Assembly: GCA_008632985.1 (NCBI GenBank)
Contig: QPGO01000186.1
Span: 62,001-126,000, forward strand
Source of the DNA: Psammoneis japonica
Taxonomy: Eukaryota
Direction of reading: 5' to 3'
DNA length: 64,000 bases
Shown here: positions 11,981 through 24,399 of the stretch, one piece after another
Layout: each line of letters begins with the position of its first letter
Position numbering within the stretch: position 1 is the stretch's first letter
Made by a program: the position numbers and the translations under genes
The notes under the pieces: generated by a model
Seen by the model: the letters and a program-made list of their open reading frames with translations, nothing else
What the model was told of the DNA's origin: nothing
The model's database searches: none

Positions 11981-14478
11981 CTAGTATCTTTTCTTCTTTC
12001 CTTTACTCTTCTTTGGATTCGTCCCGCGTTTTCTCTTTTTTGCGCGTGCTCTTTTCTTTGTTCCCATTTCTAAGGATTGGCTGTGACCAGCACCTAGAGC
12101 GGGGAGTCTCGCTTTCAGTTCGAAAAATGATCGCATTCTTCGAACAAGCACTGGTGACACCGGCCGCAGGCGTTCATTATCCTTGGTGTATCGATGGTAT
12201 TCACCAACAACCCACCCATACACTACTTTCGTCTTGTCATTCCACCCATAGCCGCTGTCCCGCGTAACCAGATGAGCTTCCTCATCCCGCTCAAAGTGCT
12301 CCCGAGTATCGTATTTGATGACTCGTGTGAACCTGCACCAGCCAGCCAGTTCCACAACCGAAGACCCTTCCCCGTTCTTTTCGTCGACATGAACAATATT
12401 TCCAAGTGAGCTGACACCAGACTTTCCTTTGCTTGACTTAATGATTTCGACCCGCTTACCCAACAGATCCAGAGGCAAATCGTAGAGTCGTGTCTCGACC
12501 GCTTTTCGACCCTCTAGCAAATGTTCGGCCCATGGACTCTGCAACTCAAGTCCAAAGTCGTGTTGTTTCCACCCCGCCCATGATGAAGTCTTGGAGTGTT
12601 CGTCCTCCGCACTGGTTCTCGTATCTATGCCCTGCTCCGGTGATTTTCGCTCTTCGCTTACAGAATCGGAAAGTTTCTTCGTTGCTTGGTCCAAACTTTG
12701 TGGTAAATCGGTTGCATCCCGTGTCTTGAAGGCCTTTCCAAGCAATCGAAGATGATTCGCAATCTCTCGAAGTTCCTTTGGGGACCCTTTCATTGGTGAC
12801 TGGCCACACTCATCTTTCCTTTGCAGCTCGCCCGTATCGTTAAATCGAACTGGGAGGCGAAGCGGCACACAATCACGACCCACTTCACGAAATACTTGAT
12901 CCTTTTCACGAGTCATCCACTGTTCTCGCATCATGGCACGTTCCTCTAGTAGCCCAGCAAATGGTTCATAGATTGTCTCTAACGCCAAATGTCCACTCAC
13001 GCCCTCGTCTCCAGCACCCCCTCGTGACAAGAGGTCCTCGAGTGTGCAACACGCTTTCTTTTGCTTGTCTAAGCGTTTCCGTTCTGATCGTGACAAACCA
13101 TTTGGAGCTGCTCCTGCGCAACGACCCTGAGCTGCATGCGTTAGCAAATCAATCGTTTGTTTGGTGCGTGCTTCGAGCTGACTCCAATACTTCCATAAGG
13201 CGCAGATTGATTCCTTCCAATGCGGCCACAGCAAATCAGTGTGAGCTTTTCCTTGAATATAATATTGCCGCAGCCATTCTGATTCCAACTGCGTCAGCAC
13301 CAATTGTTCCGAACGCCAAATCTTTGGACCCTTCTTGTGAAAGGTGCTACAAACCGATCGGCACTGTTCAATCATGTAGGAAACATTGTGACTTGTTCGA
13401 AGCAGTCGATGCGTGAGGAAAAGCGTACCGTCGCTGCCTTATCATTGGATGCAAGCACAGCGTGTTGATGGTGGTGATTAAAATCGTCCAATAGATAGTA
13501 AGCGGAACCAGACGGCAGCGATACTGCAATAGGCGGAGTTTCCTGGACAATCGATGACTCGATATCCATCCCTCGTCGTGATGCATCGGGGCCCTCTGAA
13601 TTGTGAGCCACACGTAGTGCAACCGACCATTCCTTTGCCGATTCCTCCTGCTTCACGGTTTTCTTTCTCTGATCTTGATCCTTACGGAACAGTGTGTGAT
13701 AAACTCCAATGGTGGAAAAATGTTCCAGACTTGAATCCGCGTGCCACGAAACTGAACATTTACCTTGTCCCATACTAGGCTCGGGTTTCAAGTCATCCGT
13801 GTATTCCATACGATTAATCAGAGTAATGTCAAACTTTTTCTCTCTTTGCGAGGCACCTTCGTGGATGCTTGCACCGCGTTTCGAGCGCTTGTCTTTGAGT
13901 TCTGTCAAGTGCACACTGGTACGCTCTGTAAGTGTCTCGTTGAGCTGTCGGATCGTTTCAACTGCTTCTTCAAGACTCATTTTCGATTTCCCCTTGTTGT
14001 CTTTTGCTTTCTTCTTCTTCTTCTTCTTCTTCTTCTTCTCGTGGTCCTCCTTGGCGTTCCACGGAAACGCAAACATGCGCAATCCCAAGTACTTGTAAGT
14101 AGTTCCCTCCTCACCCATTAGGCACCGCGTCACGTAGGTTTTGGCACACTTTGTTCCCAGTCCAAAGGGTTGTGTTACATCGGTACGAAAGAAACCAACG
14201 TCCTCCAACACTTGAAGCGCTTGCCGAATCGACTCGTGCTGAAACACGTCAATATTTCCATCATCCACGGCAAATCCTTCATAGGATGTATCCAGGGCAG
14301 TCTGAAAGGATTCCTTGTAGGGTACAATGTCTCTTAAGAAGTCATTTTTCGGGAGTGCAAGATTAGGTGATTGTGGAAATGGCAAGGGAAGCTCATGCGT
14401 GATTCTCGGTTGATGATTTTTGGCGTTTTTCTTCTTTGCAGAAGCCGCCGTCGAATTCTTTTTGTGTTTCTTGCCCAT
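11981..14478 (-). CDS. FTO: FTO-like 2OG/Fe(II) nucleic-acid demethylase fused to a C-terminal ASCH (PUA-like) domain; 1-nt frameshift near 13415
   Basis: TYKYLGLRMF, VSWHADSSLEHFSTIGVYH (HxD), YYLLDDFNHHHQHAVLA; conserved RFSSTHR is restored by a single-base correction; FTO C-domain EWLRQYYIQG; ASCH signature QSPWAEHLLEGRKAVETR at about 12190-12560. Confidence 0.88.
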
Positions 14479-15335
14479 GATTTTTCTGGCAAATTCAACA
14501 ACACGGCGTATCTCTTGTATGTTATTGACTACCGCGCTAGATTAAGGAGGTTCTTGACAAAGATGGCGATGGTTTCCAGTTTCCAGTTTCCATTCCCATA
14601 GCCCATGGTCGATGGTCGATGGTCGATACTCGATACCGTGTATTAGATATATGGTGATCTCGCTACGCGTGCCCGCAGACAGACGAAGATGCGGGTGGGA
14701 CGTACTACGCACGTACGTAGTATGTACTTCTAGCGTAAGTAAGTAAGTACCGTACTGTACGGCACAGTACGCACGCGGCAAATGCTACCGTACACCACCG
14801 GCAACAAGCGACAGCTGAATGAAACGAGCGAAAAAGTAAATCGGCGCGCCGCGGCAATGACAGTCACGGCATTGCATTCCACCTCGGATAAAACTGAAGA
14901 ATCAATTAAGGATCCTTAGAAGATCTTCTGCTGCACTGCTCTGTTGATGCAAGAGCATTAAAGATGAAATGCTGCGACCTCATCACACTCACACAGAGTG
15001 CGGAACTCCTTCACAATCAATCAGACATCACCACACAATTGTTGTTTGAATTCGATGCACAGTTGGTTGTTGATTGTCAGTGCAGTGGAAGGGGTTGATG
15101 ATCAAAATTCATTGCATCAGCAAAGCACATCATTGATTTTGTGTGGCAGCTTGTGCTCCACGTCTGGCGGGGCAACAACAATCTGACGCCGTGCGCGAAT
15201 GAGCGTGCGACATTCTTGCCCGTCATGTCTGACTTTTTTTTAATTTAATTTAAAAATTTTTACATGCCGTGTCAGAAATCTTGCTTCTGATTTATTTTTT
15301 TTGTCAAAGTCACAAGAAAATTTAAACATGACAAC

Positions 15336-15500
15336 CACACGGACAACGTTCCCGACATTTTCAAGTGCAACACTTGTCCACTTTTCATCGTGCAACAATT
15401 TGCCTTTGGACCAGCCCCTGATTCACATTGCCTTCAAACTGTGCTTTAAATCTAACAAGCACACGGACAACATTCCCAACATTTTACAGTGCAACACTTG
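15336..15500 (+). repeat. 41-bp direct repeat pair near the island left edge (possible subterminal repeats)
   Basis: cacacggacaacgttcccgacattttcaagtgcaacacttg (15336-15376) vs cacacggacaacattcccaacattttacagtgcaacacttg (15460-15500); two CG/CA differences. Confidence 0.8.
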
Positions 15501-15546
15501 GATGCTGTTCACCATGTGAAAAATCTCTTTCCGGTCAATGCCCGGT

Positions 15547-16800
15547 TCACACTCCATTGTGTTGCAGCTGCCGAACTGAGTTGAATTCCCAGTTGATGCC
15601 TCTGCCATCCTTGTGTTCTGCCACATGCCAGCAAATGTCACTGCCATGCTGCCCGTGTGCTTGTGTCATCCTTGCTTGCTTCTGTGGGTCATTGTTCACT
15701 CTGCCTCCTTGAGAACCCGTTTGTGTCGAAGCGCTGTTGTCGGTTGCTGCTGCTCCCGGAGTCTCTTCCTCTTTGCTCCCCTGTTCGTCATTCCTTCCTG
15801 TGGCCTCCTCCTTGCTGTCACTCCAATCAGTTTTCAGAGCAGCCCATCCCCTCATGCTGTGCTTCTTTTTTTTCTTTCATTTTTTGCCGCACATGCACTC
15901 TCCGATTTCTTTGTCTGCAGGTGCTGTGCATCGACTCTGCTGCAATTCGTTCTCTCCTTCACCACCGCATCATGGAGTTTGTTGCACTTGTCGATCCCAT
16001 TCTGGTTCCATCCTTGATTTTGCTTTGCACCTTTCCCCATGAAAGTGCACTTGGGGGCCATGGGTTGGGTTGGCTGTTGCTGCACTCCATTTTCTTTGAA
16101 TTGCTCTTCGATCTCTGCCACAGATGTGGCTGTGTTGCAGCAGTTGTCACACATCAGCCTGGCAAAAGCTTCCACACTTGTTGTCAGCCAATTGCTGACA
16201 CTTGGTTGTCCACCATTTTAAAGGGTTCTGTTCCTGCTGCAAGGGAGCAGCAATTTTCCAAGAACCAGAAGTGCATTCTTGGCAATGCCCTGCCCTTCTT
16301 GATGTCTTCGACACTTTCTGGTCCTTCGCATCTGGCCATTTCTGAGTGAAAACCAATGTGTGAGAACACTGCTCCATCTCATCCACACGCCGCCCGAGTC
16401 GCACTTGCCAACCATCTTCTTTCTAAAAACCTCTTGCCTGTTGTTTCTTCTCCTGTTTGGTCTTTTTCTCACCTTCTCCTTGTTCTCTTCCCACCAAACT
16501 GCACAGTCACTTGCATCCATGTTGAGGTGTTTGCAAACCTTTTTCTGCATTTTGCTCCCAAAAGCTGACTCAACCTCGTTGTGCATCACAAACTTTGTCT
16601 TGGGGTGCACAGCCATCGCAAGCAATCAGTCATCTGGCCATCCACAAACTTTCTCTTTGCCACCTCTGAGCTGACCACCGACATTCCTGCAATCTCCACA
16701 TTGTGGGATCCTGTCTCTGCCATGTCATGGGTGCCAACTGCAACAAATGACACATGACCAGCATTGGCAGGCCAACCCATTTGTTCATCAGAGCAGTTGT
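15547..16800 (-). pseudogene. Decayed gene of an EAF...PKYT...GW family (probably transposon cargo) with relic intron 16342-16408
   Basis: Fragments WWEENKEKVRKR, HFWFLENCCS, TSVEAFARLMCDNCC, PKCT...GWNQNGIDKCNKLHDAVVKER resemble a family motif EAF..L..EN / PKYT / GW..EG..(R/K)(Y/F)N.L recalled from memory, with Tyr replaced by Cys/His. Confidence 0.6.
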
Positions 16801-17377
16801 TGCTGCAACGACACATGTGCCTGATGAATCATTTCATGCCGACATGTTTGCCCTGCCCCTCTGGACCGAACCCAGTCCTGGAGTGTGCGCCTGCCAGCAC
16901 ACCTGTCTGCCCTTCTTAAATTTGCTCCCTCTCTTTGAATGCCAAAATTTTCAAATGACTCATTGTCAAACATCAATTGATGAATTTTGCTTTCCTTTTG
17001 AATGGCAGGTGTTGTTGTTTGCAGCCTCACATCATGTGTTCACTGTGCATTGCATGATCCGCGTGAAGAACAATGGCACTCCCAACTGCTGCATGATGGA
17101 ATTTTCAAATCACCACCCAATTTTATTTTTTGGGCACAATTTTTATAGATGAAGGGGCTGCAGTCCGAACACTTCTTTTTGCTTTTTTAGCTGGCCTTTG
17201 ACATCTCGCTTTGCCGTCTGGGTCCCCATGCTCTCAGCCGTCCCCTGCTCATTGCCCACAACAAACAGAGCATTGTTTGACCACGGTCGCAACCAGCCAG
17301 TGCGTTAAAAATTTCCATGGTTTGGTTGTCTAGTTTGAGTTAAAACTTTCCAGGAAATGAGGCCAATCTCTTGACCC

Positions 17378-18390
17378 TCACTCATTGTCCAGTCCAGCTC
17401 TTGCCTTTCTGCCTTCCTCAACAACACCCACTTCCTTGCACACACTTTCATGCAATTCAAACAAGCGCTCCACAATTTGGTGCAATCCACTGATGTGACC
17501 CTCTCTGGCAGTGTGCACTCCTGCACAGCACACCCTCAATCCCAAGAGTGCCTTCTGGTAAAATGCCAAGTCTCCGCTTACCAGTGGAGGGCAATGTCCA
17601 TCTGCAAAAGGCCGTTCGGCACCCAAACCGGCATTGTGCTCATCAAGATAAACCGTGTCCAACACGGTGTCTTCTCTTGTAACCACCGCATCATCTCTCA
17701 CAGGCGGCAGAGCACACACAATTCTTGGGAACTGGCATTCTTTGTCAGCTTTTTTGCAAGCCACCACAATCGTGGAAGGCTGTTGCATCAAAACATCAAC
17801 TGGTGTGTCTCCACTTTCAAGTCCACCAAATCCAGCATCAAAGTCACTTTGTCCACATGTGTGTTGCAATGGATTTTGCTGTTTCTCATCCACCCCTTCA
17901 AAAATGGTTGCAAGCCATGCCTGCAAAACCTGTCACCATCCACATGTTCCACCGCGACACAACAATTGAAACTCCTTTGTCCACACATGCGTTCTGTTTT
18001 TATCCAATTTTTCATGCAAACTGAAAGTCCGGAAGTCTGGATCAATGTGGTCTCTTTGCAAACAAAGCAACAGCCTTGCAACTTGGCATCTCCACATTGA
18101 AGTGCATCTGGGATTGCCCAAGTTGCGCCTCTGCATTTTCAACACATCGTCTTGCTCCACTGCTTCTCACAAAGCATTGAGCATGTGTGGCCTCAATGGT
18201 TTGTCAACCAAGTCCATTTTCTTCAACAATGCTCTCTTGCTGAGGCAGGAAAACATGCACTCCAGGATGCCTTTTGTGGATGCAAGGCAACCCAGGCTGC
18301 CCAGCATGTCGCACTGTTTGCAATTGGAGAAAAGCATGTTCGACGCCAGCGCCAAGTCTCTGTTGCTGTGATTTGCATCCGCACACATTT
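17378..18390 (-). pseudogene. Decayed ORF of unknown function, weak F-box-like segment
   Basis: Protein-like minus-strand fragments; KGILECMFSCLSKRALLKKMDLVDKPLR loosely fits an F-box pattern. Confidence 0.3.
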
Positions 18391-19699
18391 GGGAGCATGA
18401 TGGGTGTCAAAGCTGCACTGGCAGTTGCCCGCACACACTTGATTCTTGAATTTTCATAAATTGGGCAACAGACCATTCATTCTTTCTCTGGCAAATTTTC
18501 AGTGTCCTTGAATGAAATGATTGAGTCATGTGTTGTGCATCCCCTTTGTGTGCAATGAATGTCATGCAAAAGTGCATCTTTTGTTTGTCACATGTTGCAG
18601 AAAGAGAACATGAAATGTCAATGTTCACTCCAATTCTTTTGGTTTGAATTTCACAGATTTATGATGTAAATCTGCGCACTGTCGCCAAAACAGGTTTGAC
18701 ATTTTGTGCAATTCAATTTTCATTGATGTGGACAATTTCACTGGCTTGCCATGTGGCCTCATGCGATGCTCCCCACACTGTGTCTCCATGGTCACAATGT
18801 CACACAGCAGCTTCACAACTGTGTCGCTGTGTGTTTTTGTCAGGCTGCACCCTCACCTTGCCGCCACATCCATTTTCTCCTGCCATGTCGTTGTCACATT
18901 CCAGCTTTCACCCAGTGTCTCATCTCCCACCCATTCCAATGGGACTTGATTGCAAAAACAACAAAATCTCTTGGCAATTGTGTGCATTTCCAACCCGGTC
19001 AGTGTGTCAACAAGAGGACCTTGATGCACAAGAAGGTCTCTTCTGTTGGATTGTCTCCCACTGACATCAATCATTTGTTCTGCACTCTCAACACGGATGG
19101 ATTTCTCAGTGCACTTCCAACTGGCCAAGCTTTGGTGTCATCCGGCCAAGAGCACTGCATTGCTGTTCAATGGTTTGCAGCAACAAACATCTGTCATCTG
19201 CGTTGAGGGAGGTGGCAGAGGAATTGTCATTGCAGACAGCCAGACAAAGAGAGGCTGGTGCCAGGAGAAAATCTCTTGCCCAGAAAAGAAAGCGCCCACA
19301 AGATGCTGACTTTTTGGAAAAGAGCACATCTGCTGATGGGAATGGTGGTCATTCTGTTGGTTCCTGTGTGGAGGGACTGTTGATCAAATCACCAAAGGAA
19401 ATGTCAGCAGAGTTTTGCCTGTGCTTGGACTGCTTTGGACAGTCAAAGTCTGTCCATCCATTGTCATTTGGCCCTTCTGCTGCCCAAGATCTACAAACAT
19501 CCCAGGAAGGTGACATTTGCAATTCTGTGAAAACCAAACATGATGACACAAGTGGTTGTGAAGTGCCAGTTTCCAGCACCACCAACTCTGTTCAACAATT
19601 GCCAGAAGGAGCAGTTGGAGACGACTGTTGCGACGAGCCCCCTTTGCTGATCAAGTGGAGTTGGACAACCACAGTTTCCGATTTTGCGATGACTCATCA

Positions 19700-20390
19700 G
19701 ATGCTGCCATGATCAACACTGCCAAGAATGTCACTGTCAACAACAATGTGTTGGTTGTTGGCATTGTTTTTGGTGATGAGACAACCAACGCATCCACCCA
19801 GGAATGCAGAGATGCCGCACATTGCCAGGCACCAGTCAAAAATGGCTTCAATGTCCACACTGTGGACTGCCGTCACACAGACACTCCAAACCACAATCAC
19901 ATCAATGCAGATGTACGGGTCCAACAATTGGGCTGCCAAGGAATGCATCTGCAACTCTGCATTGATGGACGTTGCATCTGTGACCAAATCACATTTCAAC
20001 GACAGTGTCTTGACAGATTCTTTTTTCAGTCAATCATTGACTTGCTTCCGTCAAAAGCTGTCGGATGCAGGCAATGTGTTTCTGCCTGTCAATTCACAGA
20101 TGGCCCAGTGTCTTTACAAAAACTGGGCTGTGGTTGGCAAAGTGTGGATTGTCAGGTGCCTGTGCCATGATCAGTGGGAGGAAATGCCTCTTTTCCATCC
20201 CTCTGCAGTTGCGCCACTGGACTGTCACAGAAACGAGGGAGAAATGCATCCTCACAGTGAAGATTTTGGAGTTACGTTGTCAGAGGCACGTGCATCTTTG
20301 TGCTGTTTCACACTGGCTGTTCCTCTTTGCTTGTGCTCACTGCTTGTCATTCGTTTGTTTCAAGATCAAGGGCTTTGTTTCCAATGAACA
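19700..20390 (+). pseudogene. Decayed class-I SAM-methyltransferase-like ORF
   Basis: Across one frameshift: VLVVG, helix QECRDAAHCQAPVKNG, FNVHTVD, HINAD, ALMD, helix FFSQSLTCFRQKL, SDAG, NVFLP; order matches a Rossmann MTase core. Pattern inference only. Confidence 0.4.
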
Positions 20391-20399
20391 TCACGAACC

Positions 20400-22140
20400 A
20401 GTTGGAACTTTCCCAGCCAATGTTGAGAGAATCAACTTCATTGCTCTCACTCCATGACAAAGCAACTGCATCACTGCCACTTGTGAGGTTGCAAACTCAT
20501 TGATGGCAGGTGATGGTGTTGATGGCAAGGTTTGCACAAGATGTTCCTTTGAATGTCTAGAAAGCTGTGCAATCTGTCCCATGTGCTGTCAAATGCCACT
20601 GCGAAAGGCTTGGACTGCCAAGTCTCTTGCAGACAGTGACCACAAGCTCAACAAAGTGTCAGATGCCACAGAAGCCAACTGCGGTTGCCTGGGTGGAAGG
20701 AGGAAGGCGGAAACCAGCAAGGTGGACATTCTCAAAGAAAAAAATTTCTGTCGTTGGGCAAAACAGCACCAACCGCTGGACACCCTGAATGGGCAAGACA
20801 ACAAGCACTGGGGAACCACCTCCTTCTTCCCAACAGACGAGAAGAAGTCAAAAGCACAGTTGTTCCCAGATTTTGATCTCGCCAATTTGGAAAAGATAAA
20901 AAATTCATGGGAAAGGCAGCTGTTGTTTGTTGAGAAAAAACGGGGCTGCCAGATTCAAGTGCAGCTCCGTTTGCACATGAACTGGCACGTAGTGACTGGA
21001 ATGGAGTTGGCAAACAAACTTGCATTGGAGCCAGGTGGTGACGCTCGTGTGTTGCCAAATTCGCACAATCATCCACATTCGTCATTGCACCTGATGGATC
21101 CGATTGTTGTTGACGAACACAATGTCACTGGAATTGATGCTCCTGCTGGCGGCAAACATCTTTTTCAAATGCTTCAATTGCCACGGGAGATTGCCGGACA
21201 AGACCTTTTGTCTCAAACTGCCAGCACTGTTGAGGATGGATCATGCAGTGGACTTGGTGATGAGTTTGTCATGCTTTCAAAAGCAGACAAATGCAGAAAG
21301 TTTTGCTCCATGGACAGTGGGACAAATGCAACAGGTGGGAAATGGAGCAGAAGCTGTGGCGTGGGAGCGGCAATGCCGGGATGCCCACCCGGAGCACCCG
21401 ACCAAGAATCTCCAAGGTTGCGGTGGTGGATGCTGCAACTCTCTGTGATGATTGTGCATGGCGTGTGCCATGGGATGCTTGGTGGAACACAATGATCGCA
21501 ACAGGGTGCAACAAGGGCCATGAGACAAAAACGCAAATCATCAAAGATGGCTGAACTGCCCTGATGATCCATGGGACGTTCTGAGAGAGTTCCATGCACA
21601 CACCTCCTCAATGAGGCAGCGACTTGGCATTCGGATGTGAGCAATGGAAAGAACAACAATCATGATCACATTGCTTTGGCCTCACATTTTGTTGAGGACT
21701 GGTCCATGTTTCTATCCCAAAAGAATGTCAACAAGCTCATGGAGCATTGTGTGCCTGCAACAAACAGCTGCTTCACTCACTTGTTGCACACTCGGTCTGT
21801 CATTGACAGCCAGTGGAGAAGCTGGAATTAAACACAAATTGTCCACATGTGGAGTCCCTGATTGCAGCATTGCAGGAACACTTGGATGCCATTGACCTTT
21901 GCACACTCAGCAACCAGGAAGAAATTTCTGAGGCAACGGAAAAGATTCTGTCCATGGCCGAAACACACGCAATGTCCAATTGCAGAGACAGAAGGTGCAT
22001 CAAGATGAAGGAGGGTGAGACTCAAATGACAATGCTTGGGTGCATCACGTGGCTGTGGATTTTGTTTTGCAATTGCTGTGATGGAGCTGTTTGTCTCCAA
22101 CACATTGCAGAGCACAAGGGTTGGTTTGCAGGGAGCACAA
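20400..22140 (+). pseudogene. Decayed large ORF of unknown function (possible SRA-like segment)
   Basis: 331-aa ORF 20500-21495 plus downstream protein-like fragments; Tyr-free; ends where it meets the truncated transposase. Confidence 0.45.
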
Positions 22141-24263
22141 CAAAAAAATTTGAGGCTCTTTTTTTCTTTGTCTTGTCAAAATCTGGATGGCAACGAAGAT
22201 GGAGCATGCTCCGTCCCTCTGCGGTCTGACCCATCAGTGCTGTCGCAAACAGCTTCCCCATCTTTTGGTTGCAGGTCAAACTGGACAAGGCACAAAAGCC
22301 GTTTCACAGGACAACGGTGGAAACATTGATCTCTGACCTGGTCTGCACCACTGAGATCCAAACATGTGGTTTGCCAAATTGTTCAGTTGGCCTTTGGCGG
22401 AGTCAGGCAAATCATTGACAATGACGGAGAGCATCTGAGGGACTGTGCCGCCTAGAACATGTGCATTGGATTGGGCAATGCAAACCCAAACACACCCTGA
22501 CAATTGTTTCCCATCCCAAGAGGAAAGATTGAGTTGTCAACCGTGTGTTGGCCAAACACCTCATGAAGTGTGGTGGAACAAATGTTCATGCACCGGATGA
22601 CTGCACCATGTGCCTTGGAATGGATTGATTTGGCTTCAGCCTTGGACATCACTGTGGCCATTTGTGATTCAACAAACAGATGCCATGGACTGTCAAAAGA
22701 ACTGGGTGGTGGTCCAAGAGCTGCAACAGTCAAGCTCCATCACTTCCTGAGAAAAACACCTGCAGCAATGCAATGATTCATTGCTGCACATCCAGGAAGT
22801 GTGAGAGGCATGACCAATGCAGCAGGTGTTTTTCCGGCCAGAAACAGGGCCGGTCACTTGTGCGGCATTGACAGCATCACCCAACAATGTCACGCTGTGA
22901 ACAACAATGCACTCAAAACAATGCTGATTGCCAAGTTGGACTCAGCAGACAGGAGGTGATTCTTGCACTTGAATTGCAGACACAAGAAGGACAGATAAAA
23001 TGTGGTGATACCTCTGACATTCAACCCAAAAATGGGGTTCTTTGTTTTGTGCCTGTGCATTTCGGAACAAATCCAAGAGGACGCCATGCTTCAAAACGTC
23101 GGTGGACACATGCCTTGATGAGAGTCACAGAGAAAACAAATGACTCCATGGAATGAGGTGTGACCTGTCCTTTCCCAGTTTTGTTGGTGCAGCACACAAC
23201 AAACACATGAAAGGAACCAGGGACGGCGGGAACATCACTGCCACAAAAACAGTTCCTGCAAGTTTCACCATTCTTCATTTCAGCATCGTCACAAAGTTTC
23301 CAGTCACTGTTCTTGTCCAGCATGGGTTCACTGGAGAGCACCTGAGACCAATGTGAATCAGGAGGAACATCAAGATTTGAAAGATCAGCAAAAAGGGGGT
23401 TGTTGAACAGGTCATGCAGTTGGAGGGAAAAGTCATGCACAGGGATGCCGGGAGACAGCTCCTGCAGTGGGTCATTCTTGAATTGGTTGACGATGGAAAC
23501 AGACTCAAGGGGGACTTGCTGCAGCACTGGAGTGACAACGCTGGGCAACATCAACTTGAGCTTGGACATGAAAGTTCAAGAAGAGGGTGTTTGTCGGGTG
23601 ACAGACAACCCACCACTGGAGAATTCCTCCTGCACAGTTCTCAGCAACACATCTGTTGCACTGATTGGGTCACCCTTGGAGCAACACAAATTCAACATGC
23701 AGACCATGGATGTGGTTTCACTGTTGTAAACTTCGGGCACCATGAGGTCCTCATCCATGGAGAGATGTCCAACTTGATCAAGAGTGGCAAAAGGGCCGGA
23801 TTTGGCAACCGTGGTGGCAGAACCCTTGGTGTTGGAAACAAATTCTTCATCAGGAAACTGGTGTTCTGAAACATCATTGACGGGGGGAGAACGGAATTGT
23901 CATGGGAACCACGGAGCTCTGGTGCAGATGAAAATGCACAATTGGTTGCAACGGCCGGGGATTGAGTCTCATGTGACCTTGTGGAGTTGGCCCAGTGTTG
24001 GAGTCAGGCCCTGCAGCAAGAAATTCAAAGGGAGGAGAGCCAAGGGTAGAAGAGGCAGCAACGTCCACTTGTTCATCCGATTCTCCCATTTGGGGCTGTT
24101 TGGCATGAGCCGCATTGGATTGATGGGATGAAATGGCGTGAAGGCTTTGAGAAAAGGACAGTTTGCAGGGAAGACAAGTTCTCAGGTGGTGTTGAAGACC
24201 AGTTGGGAAAAAACGTTTGCCACACATGGGACAATCATTTCCAACAGCGAAGGGGGGCACCAT
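22140..24263 (-). mobile_element. Plavaka-type transposase pseudogene, 3'-truncated
   Basis: Colinear motifs: N-terminal CPMCGKRF...HHLRTC; VHDFSLQLHDLF; (D>N)KTG...MESFVFS; AWRPLGFVP; LLGD; HTVDNS...GNNCQGVFG...PMHMF; RSMFP; multiple frameshifts and stops. Confidence 0.8.
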
Positions 24264-24399
24264 TGTTCATGTTGTAAAAACAAGTGGTGTGAAAATAGAG
24301 TGGGACAAACCACGTGGTAAAAACAACACATGGCAGGTGACAAGATTGTGCTGCACAAATCAACTACATGTGAGCGCGCAAGATTGTAGCTTGGTTTAA

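Noticed and set aside
14604..14628. Tandem GATGGTC 7-mer, also at about 163-184
   Set aside because: Short simple repeat seen twice; no support for a regulatory role.
14900..15320. Terminal inverted repeat or target-site duplication of the Plavaka element
   Set aside because: No matching terminus could be identified by eye.
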